In this document: piece after piece, positions 56,276 to 64,000 of the stretch
How positions within the stretch are numbered: position 1 is the first letter of the stretch
How the letters are laid out: every line of letters starts with the position of its first letter
From: the human T2T-CHM13v2.0 reference genome, Homo sapiens
Assembly: GCF_009914755.1 (NCBI RefSeq)
Contig: NC_060925.1
Direction: 5' to 3' (one strand)
DNA: 64,000 nucleotides
The notes under the pieces: generated by a model
What the model was told of the DNA's origin: nothing
Seen by the model: only the letters and a program-made list of their open reading frames with translations
Database searches by the model: none
Made by a program: the position numbers and the translations under genes

Positions 56276-58276
56276 TTATTACCATAGAGTACAAAATGCT
56301 TTCCTGGGCAAGTGCTGGCCCTGATTCAGGAGGCTGGTGGATTTGCAGGCCCCTCACCATATACCTATTTGCATTTCAGCTTGAGAATTACAGAGTCTCT
56401 GGCCACAGTATTTATGCGCCCTAAATCGAGAAAGAGAGAAAAGACTTTTAGAAAATCCCAAATACTTGTGAGATTCAAAGTTTTTGTAAATTGTCTGAAG
56501 GATTGGAGTGAGAGGGCAGACCAAAAGAGTAGTGAGAATTCTGAATGGAATTCCCCCTGTGGGGAGGAGGAATCAGGAGTAGTAGACAGGTCTTGGCCTC
56601 AGGGTTAAGGATCAAAGGGAGCCTGGTTCTAGGTCAGGATAGTGGCCTCTCTCAGAACTCTCCCCAACTCAGCTGTCCTGGAGACAGATTTGTATCAGAA
56701 GAGCTTTGGCCCTCAGGGGCCAGGGCCTATTTCTGTGAAGCTCAGAAAGTAAGTCAGACAAGTACTCCTTCATTCTAGATGTCCCAACACTGTCGCCTGC
56801 CCCAGCAATGGTGGTCGATGCAGCAAGTAATAGGGCCAGCAGGAGGTGGGGTCCAGCTGTCCAGATCCCTGAGGGGATGCCAGGGCCTCTGCAAAGTTGG
56901 CAGTGATACCAGCTTGTCCCAGTGGTCGGGGCAAGGGCCACTTCGCCATTGACACCAGACTCACTGGAGCACAAACAGCTTTGCTTTCGAGAAAGAGCCA
57001 CTCTCACCCTGTGAGAGTGACATTTGAATCTCGGAATTAATAGGCAACATCAACATTTTTGTTCTGCAACTTCAGAGCCAGCTATTCCCAGCTAGTGATA
57101 AACTCTCTGGGGAACTGGCCCCGTGACCAGTGGTGGCCTCAAGAAGGTGTCTGAGTTCCAACACTGCCTACAGATACAAAGATCAGGACAACTGTTAGGA
57201 ATAAATGAGTGGCCTCTGCAATTCTCAGAAACACCAGTGGAAGAAAGAGGCTGGGAAAAGCTGGCCTTCCTGCTAATTTGGCTAAAGAGAGGTCTGGATG
57301 TCATAAGTGTCAATGTAAGCATGGCCAAGTCTAGGGAAACTTGCCTATCTACACTAGTTATACTTGCATGGGGGATGGTGCAGGGGGAAGGGGAGAAATA
57401 GTGGACAGCCTGTCCAGAATGATGATGAATCTTTCTCCAGTACACACTTGCCCCACAGACTACGTACTATATCTAGAACAAAAATTATCTGATGTTTGGC
57501 CTGCACTGTTATTGTACAGAAAAAAGTATGGATGCACTCAGAAAAGGGTGCCAGTGAAACTGAAATTAAAGGGACATTAAAAACTGCTTTGAAATTTTTA
57601 CTTATAAGAGTTTCAAAAGAAACAAAAAGGCAAATTTAGCCTGGTATTCTGGAGGGCTTAATTGTGACAAGCGACCATAATTCCGAAATCATCTTATGAT
57701 AGTCCCCTGAGCCCCTCCCCTTGTAAGCATTATGTGGACTGGGATTCCATGCCCAAGTCCAAATGCTTCTGTCTACTTGGGGTATGGGAAGGTGGAATCT
57801 CCTGAAGAAGGGGTAGGGATAAGGAAGAGATGGTTACGGCAGCAATTGCATGCCTGGATTGGGGATGGATGTGTAAGGGGTGGCCCACGAATGGAGTACA
57901 ACCTCAGCCCATCTAAAGTACTTGCCCAATACTGCAGGTGAGAGGCTAGGGACTTTCTGGATTTTTTTTCTTGTCCTCGTCCTGAGTGCAGATCCTGCCA
58001 AAAGACAGAACCTGCTTCCTCTCCTAAAGCTGTCACAACTGGAACACCTTGTTTAAATCTTGGAAACTTTTATTTTGAAGTGTGGGAAAAGAAACTGAGG
58101 AAGAAGATCAAAGCAAGGAGTAACATTATGCTCTTCTGAAGTGTAATACAGTCTGTGTCAGGGAAAAGGCATAAAATAGAGAGACAGGAAACTTCACCCT
58201 GAAAATAACACCATAGAAAGAGTACTCTGCTTAACATTAACAGCTGATTAGAGCTAATGATTAAGTGTATCATCTC

Positions 58277-58412
58277 TAGGTGACCATGTGCTTTATTGTT
58301 CAAATCAAGATAACTTAGGCATGAAATGGAGTCCTACTAATTAATATTTACACCTGAATAATAGGCATAAAGCCAGGACTGTCCCAGACCAACCAAAATG
58401 CATAGTCACCTA
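58277..58412. mobile_element. MER94-like hAT-Blackjack MITE
   Basis: TIRs taggtgaccat / atagtcaccta; perfect 8-bp TSD atcatctc at 58269-58276 and 58413-58420. Confidence 0.9.
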
Positions 58413-59635
58413 ATCATCTCTAAATCCTATAGTTCGTATGCTTCTTCTATTGGGTTACGGAAGAAAAACAAGGCAAAATTTCAATGTAATATGAACTATG
58501 GCATTCTGAACAGATGCACCAAAATAGATCTGTGTTAAAAAAAAAAAAAAAAAAAAAGCTACAAGTCAAGGATATTCCCGACTAAATGCTAGGAAGCCAG
58601 GTGTTTTAGGTGACTGTTTTAAGACATGGGTATTATCAAATGCATATAGGACTAACCAAGATAAAGAAAAGATGGCATTCTTCTGTCTTGTAGGGGTCCA
58701 ATTTAAAAGTATGGCCCCAGGGATCCTGGGGCCACTGTTATATTTTAGAAATCAATGGGAAAATGATTAATGGCATAAATTGTATGAAAATGCTAGTTTG
58801 TCTATATGACCTAATTTTATTTGGCAAGACCTTGGAGGATCATGAACATAAAATTGCTCTCCATTTGGGAGAAACAGGCTTCCTGTTACATCTTGACAAA
58901 CAGCAACCCTATTAGATCCTTAGTTCAAAAACATGAGGACAGACAGAATTGCAGCAGGGGCAAAAGTATCTCTGCCATTGTTGTCAGCCCAGTTTCATCA
59001 ATGGCAGAGGATCCAAAACCTTCTTCAAGTTCAGGAGTCTGAACTGAAGTATTCAGGTGAGAACCATGGCATTATTGCAGAAAGGAAGACAAAAGGGACA
59101 GCCCGTGGACAGAAAATCCTACAGGAACCCTGTCACCCCAGACCTCCTGGAAACTCTGTGGGGAATATTTCTGAATATTCATTCATGTCCTTGGCAAACT
59201 CCTAAATCTGAGTTCACGAGCAGGCATCTGTTGACACATCTCCTTCAAGCTCTTTATTTTACACCCTAACCTAGCTCCAGAGGTTAGGAGCCACGCTCTG
59301 CCTTTGCCAACTATTCTATCCAGGATTGAAACTCAATACATTCATCAGAATTAAACTTCCTGCTGCCAAAGTACAAGTACACACAGCTGAGAGTCAACAA
59401 TGTGTTTATGGAGTTCTTCTCTGAGTATGGACTAATAACAGGCCCTTAGGGTACAAATATATTACCAGCATCGATGTAATATTACTGGGAGATGGCAGAA
59501 CAAATCACAGGCAAAAGGTGAAATAGCTGCTTTCACAAACACAAAGGGAAGATAGAGTCCTAAAATTGCTTTAGGACTCACCCAAGAGCATATTACACCA
59601 CAGTCCATGAAGCAATTCTGTCTACTTCATCTTAG

Positions 59636-59915
59636 ACAAGATGAACAGATGCCTTATCGAGGACACTGGCACATGAGGGGCTATGGCCCAACAAAACATG
59701 GTCACAAGGAGATAGACCACCATCAGTGGGAGAGAACTCCACAGCAGAGGGAAATACCTGCCCAGGACTTGCTGGTCAGCTGCAACCTTTGCAGCACACA
59801 GCGCCTGGGAAGTTAGCTCCAGAGCAGCAGAAGAAAATGGCATATGGGATGAGATAGCTGAAGCTGCCGGGTTCCCAAGCACCTATGAGACATCCCAAGG
59901 GCTCTGCAAACACAT
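59636..59915 (+). other. Candidate non-coding exon (280 nt)
   Basis: Acceptor ttctgtctacttcatcttag|A, donor CAT|gtaagc; unique, GC-richer than flanks. Confidence 0.25.
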
Positions 59916-60345
59916 GTAAGCTTCTTTCAAACACGCTGGAGATTCAGAAAGTGCAAGAAGGGTAGAATATTCTGCTGATGTGGCTTAGAAAAGACAGGTT
60001 CCACAAATAAGACACTGTTTTCTTTGTTTTTCCTCCAACTTGTGTGATTTTATGGATGATGTTTTTAGCTACAATTATATTCAACAAAAGAATTATTTTT
60101 GATTATAGTACTTGTTCTTTTATCTCCTATTGCCAAAACAAAGGCAGAATACAAAACAGTATGTGCACTGTTATTAAAATGATCTAAAAATACGCAAGCA
60201 GAAGGACAAAGAACACAAGGTAAAAGATATTATTTTTAGAAAACTTAGAGACATCTGATATTTAAAACCAATATTTGTTGTTTTTATACATTTCTAGTCA
60301 TGATAACTCTTAGTCACTGATATTTCAGAATGTTTTATTCAGAAA

Positions 60346-60496
60346 TATTTTTTCTTATTTTTTAAAAAATTATTTTTGGTAGAGACAGGGTCTCACTATG
60401 TTCCCCAGGCTGGTCTCAAACTCCTGGACTCAAGCAATCCTCCTGCCTCAGCCTCCCAAAGTGCTGGATTACAGGCGTGAGCCACCATGCTCGGCT
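60346..60496 (-). mobile_element. Free left Alu monomer (FLAM_C-like)
   Basis: Single left arm with tail; TSD attcagaaa at 60337-60345 and 60498-60506. Confidence 0.9.
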
Positions 60497-61859
60497 AATT
60501 CAGAAACACTTTATCAAAAGAGTTTAGAAAGAAATAAGGTTATTTTTCTACCTAAAATAATGTCAGATTTGGCAAGTAATAATATGCTAATATCTCAGTG
60601 AGTCTCCCCTATTCTCAAAATGTTGCATACTAGTTTCATATGTGTTAGGAAATAGGTTGTATATCTGAGTGGCAAAGCGACAGTTCTTAGAGAAAGAAAA
60701 ACTTTTCTCTTGGAACGTCATCTGTTCAATATTGGCAGTTACAAAAGTATTATCCAGAAGTGGGTTGAAAAATGTGGCTCAGAGTCAGTCAGTTATTAAA
60801 TGAAAAGGAAAAGCTACCACTCTGGTCTCCTATCTCCTAGCCCAGTGTCCTTACAAACCCTTCCACTGCTTTGAAGCACAGCTAAAACCTATGCTGTATG
60901 TATAATCTGAGAGCAGAAAGATGCTTATTGCAAAAGATGTATACATTCCTCATTGGACCATGCCCAAATAATATTTAACAGCCAAATATTTCAGAGGAAG
61001 TTCTTGTACCTTTCACAATAAGAGATGTATAGAAATGAAATACATTCATTCACTCTTAGTAGACCAACTAAAATGAGAATGAATGGACAATTTTGGATAT
61101 TGGCATACTGGGATATATGGGAAATCCTCCAGAAATGATGCAGTGGCAGGAAGATGTTCACAGAAAACACAGCTGTTTTCAATATTAGAAACCCAGTGCA
61201 CTGACCTCATGAGAAACAACTTGCACCACTTTTTTTTTTTTTTTTTTTTGCTTTAACAAATAGCAAGGCCCAAAGGTTGGATCAACAAATGAGATTCCAA
61301 GGAACTGTTTTACATCAGTGTAGGGTCTGGGCCTGATGACAAGAAGTCATCAAATGGTTGTTGCACTTGGAAGTCTAGGATGTAAGACAGCATGAGCCCC
61401 GATTCCCTTGCCAAATAGGATTACATGCTCCTTCCCTGATAGTCTAGGTTCCTCAATATCCTTTTGAATATGGGATTCAAGAGATTCCAAAAATTCAAGA
61501 ATTTAGGACAAAATATATTACTTGATCAATGAACTATATTTGATTGTATTCAACTCCTGTTACAAACATTTAACTTTAAGGAAATGAGAAAATATTCCTT
61601 AGGAAGAGAATACAAGATTGGAGTGAAATCAAAGCTATTTTCAGAACAGTGAGTGGCAAGGCACCCATCCTTTCATCAGGTAGATACACAGTGATCCAAG
61701 GAAGCAGGCTGGGAGGATGGGAAAAACAAAATATTTTTATATTTATGTATAAATTAATCCCAAACCATATCTCCATCTAACTCCTCCTTCCCTCCCCATC
61801 CTTGCATCATATACCTACCGATAGAAAAATAAACAGTGGAAGGGAGTTAAAATTAATCT

Positions 61860-62400
61860 TCACTGAACACCTACCAAGTACCAGAAATCCTAATAAGTGC
61901 TTATTCATGCATTCATTTACTAAAAATAAAATATTTTAAGCATATTCCAAATGTGAGGCTCTCTGTTAGATGCTAGGGATACAACCCTGAATAACATATA
62001 ATCACTGACCTCTTCCCAAGACACTTGGGAAGGCTAATTGGCAAATACGCAATTACAATACAATTAAGGCTTGCTTTCTTGGAGGTATATACAAAATATG
62101 GTGGGGGCTTAGTGGAGGCAGTGCCTGAAGCTGCCCATGAGCAGTCAGGGAAGACTTCTCAAAGGAGGTAGAATTTGAGCTGATATTTAAAGAGTGAGTA
62201 GAAGTTTTATAGGAGTTGACAGTATTTATTAATATTTCTAAATTTAATCCTTATAATTCTATGAAATACATGTTTATCTTCCCCATTCTTCAAGTGAGAG
62301 AACTGAGACTCAGAGATATTGTCTAAGTTCACCCAAGAAGGTAGCAGAGCTGGGATTTGAAGCCATATTCATATGACTTCAAAGTACACATTACTTCCAC
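61860..62400 (-). mobile_element. MIR split by an L2 3' end (L2 ~61903-62220)
   Basis: MIR tail 'ctgaacacctacc...aagtgctt', L2 'attcatgcattcattt...gatgctagggatac', MIR core 'gagaactgagactcagaga...gcagagctgggatttgaa'. Confidence 0.8.
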
Positions 62401-62439
62401 CAGGGAAACTACCTCTCTTTCTTCAAAAATATGTTTTCA

Positions 62440-62584
62440 GGCCAGGCTTGGTGGTGCACACCTGTAATCCCAGCTCCTTGGGAAGCTGAGGCAGGAAGAT
62501 AGCTTGAACCCGGGAAGTGGAGATTGCAGTGTGAGCCAAGATCGAGCCACTGCACTCCAACCTGGGTGACAGAGCAAAACTGTG

Positions 62585-62656
<72 letters not shown>

Positions 62657-62672
62657 TATATATATGTATGTA

Positions 62673-62699
<27 letters not shown>
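62440..62699 (+). mobile_element. Alu right monomer (FRAM-like) with A30-(TA)n-(CA)n-(TA)n-(TG)n-(TA)n tail
   Basis: Monomer 62440-62588; TSD atatgttttca at 62429-62439 and 62700-62710. Confidence 0.92.
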
Positions 62700-62703
<4 letters not shown>

Positions 62704-63649
62704 GTTTTCAATCATATACTCTTGTTTTTTGTTTTTGTTTTTTTTCCTCTACCACTGCTATTAATGTTCATTTTAATCTAATTTTACTTTATACAGAATA
62801 GAGGAGTAGATCATCATGAGAAAATGTATTATATGTTTTATCCAAGCTATATATCCTAAAGATGACCCAGGACTCTCTATCAACCAAAGTAGGAAGGTCT
62901 TGAATGAAATATCCCATCTCACAAAACAAAAAAATATCTGACAGTGTCAAGGAAAATTTTACTTGCTCCATTTCTCTACCTGGGTACCCCATGTCTAGAA
63001 GTTGACTTCATATAACTCTTGCCTAAAATCAACAAAAATGTAGGACATAAACTGTAGCCAATTTTCCCACTTCCCAAAAAAGCAACTATTTAAATTTCCT
63101 CTTATATCATGAGGTCAATAACATAAGATATTTAATATAACAAGTTAAAAAAAGAGGTAGTGGTGATATGCCTTCTGTTCTCCCAATAATTGCTCACGTA
63201 ACTTCTACTTTGAGGTTTATGTTGCCTTCATATTATTTTCAAGTAATTTTTTCTAACCCCACATGTCTAAGATTTTTGTCAGCTGATCAGGACCTTCACT
63301 TTGTCACATGGATCAAGAACTACTCTAGTGACCTCTTAATTTGGAAAATGAAACTAACCAAACATGCAAGAGACAGGCATGGTCCTAAATTATCACACAA
63401 CTCTTAGGATAATGAATTTCGAGTCTTGATCACATGGGTGTTACTAAAACTCCTACCCAAGGATTGCTTTAAAATGTTTTATAATGATATGCATTTTCTT
63501 TGCACTTAATGTGAAAATCCAATATGTAGAAAGTAAAGACAACCCTTTTCTACTCATTTATCCAGGACAGCTAGCCACACGTTAAAGTGGGCAGCTAGAG
63601 GCAGGCATAGAGTGAGAAAGAAGAAACGGCAGACTAATACTGGACATTC

Positions 63650-63758
63650 CCCCACCTTCCTCCTTCTCCTCCTCTTTCTCCTGCTCCTTTTCCTCCTCCT
63701 TTTTTCTTCCTTTTCCTCCTTTTCCTCTTCCTCTTCCTCCTGCTCCTTCCTCTTCATC
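63650..63758. repeat. Polypyrimidine/polypurine low-complexity tract ((CCT)/(CTT)-rich)
   Basis: ~100 nt almost purely C/T on the plus strand. Confidence 0.95.
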
Positions 63759-64000
63759 TATTAATCCCAGCTGTCGCATAAGTCAAGATTGATGTCAACT
63801 TGTAGGGAGGCTTCCTGTAGTATGGCTTAGTACTCATGCCCACAAAACTTGTCCCTCTTTAGTCTAATTTTAAGAGTAATTTCTAACCTGAAAATACCTG
63901 CATATACCCTGACTCCTCTTCCATGCCTATCTCCACACAAATAAGAATCCTGGATTCCACCAAGCACTTCCCCAAATAAATGGAGAGAATACTGGCAAAT

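Noticed and set aside
56669-57007. 112-aa ORF with a hydrophobic LLLALLLAA stretch
   Set aside because: No recognisable family, non-ATG start, no convincing splice context; length within chance range.
63554-63779. Glu/Lys/Arg-rich ORFs
   Set aside because: Translations of the polypurine low-complexity tract.

Overview
Primate (probably human) genomic DNA, roughly 40% GC and CpG-depleted, with no CpG island and no protein-coding exon that I can recognise, so it is intronic or intergenic. About half is interspersed repeat: 12 Alu/Alu-monomer copies, several L1 pieces (L1PA, L1MC, HAL1), many L2 and MIR relics, two L3/CR1 fossils, MaLR/ERVL/ERV1 LTRs, and MER5/MER94/Tigger-like DNA transposons, often nested and with target-site duplications (TSDs) still readable. 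The supplied ORFs are repeat-derived or chance. I found no convincing new multi-gene biological system. The most notable structures are: (1) a 196-bp, ~89%-identical local inverted duplication (18965-19160 / 19879-20074) pasted into an L2; (2) a fossil ERV-L-type provirus (LTR-PBS-gag-pro-RT, minus strand, ~36940-39958) whose LTR resembles old MLT1-type LTRs; (3) A-A'-A snap-back scars and perfect hairpins; (4) candidate spliced exons and TE-free enhancer-like blocks. Repeat family names come from my recall of consensus sequences, not a database search. Boundaries of old elements are approximate.
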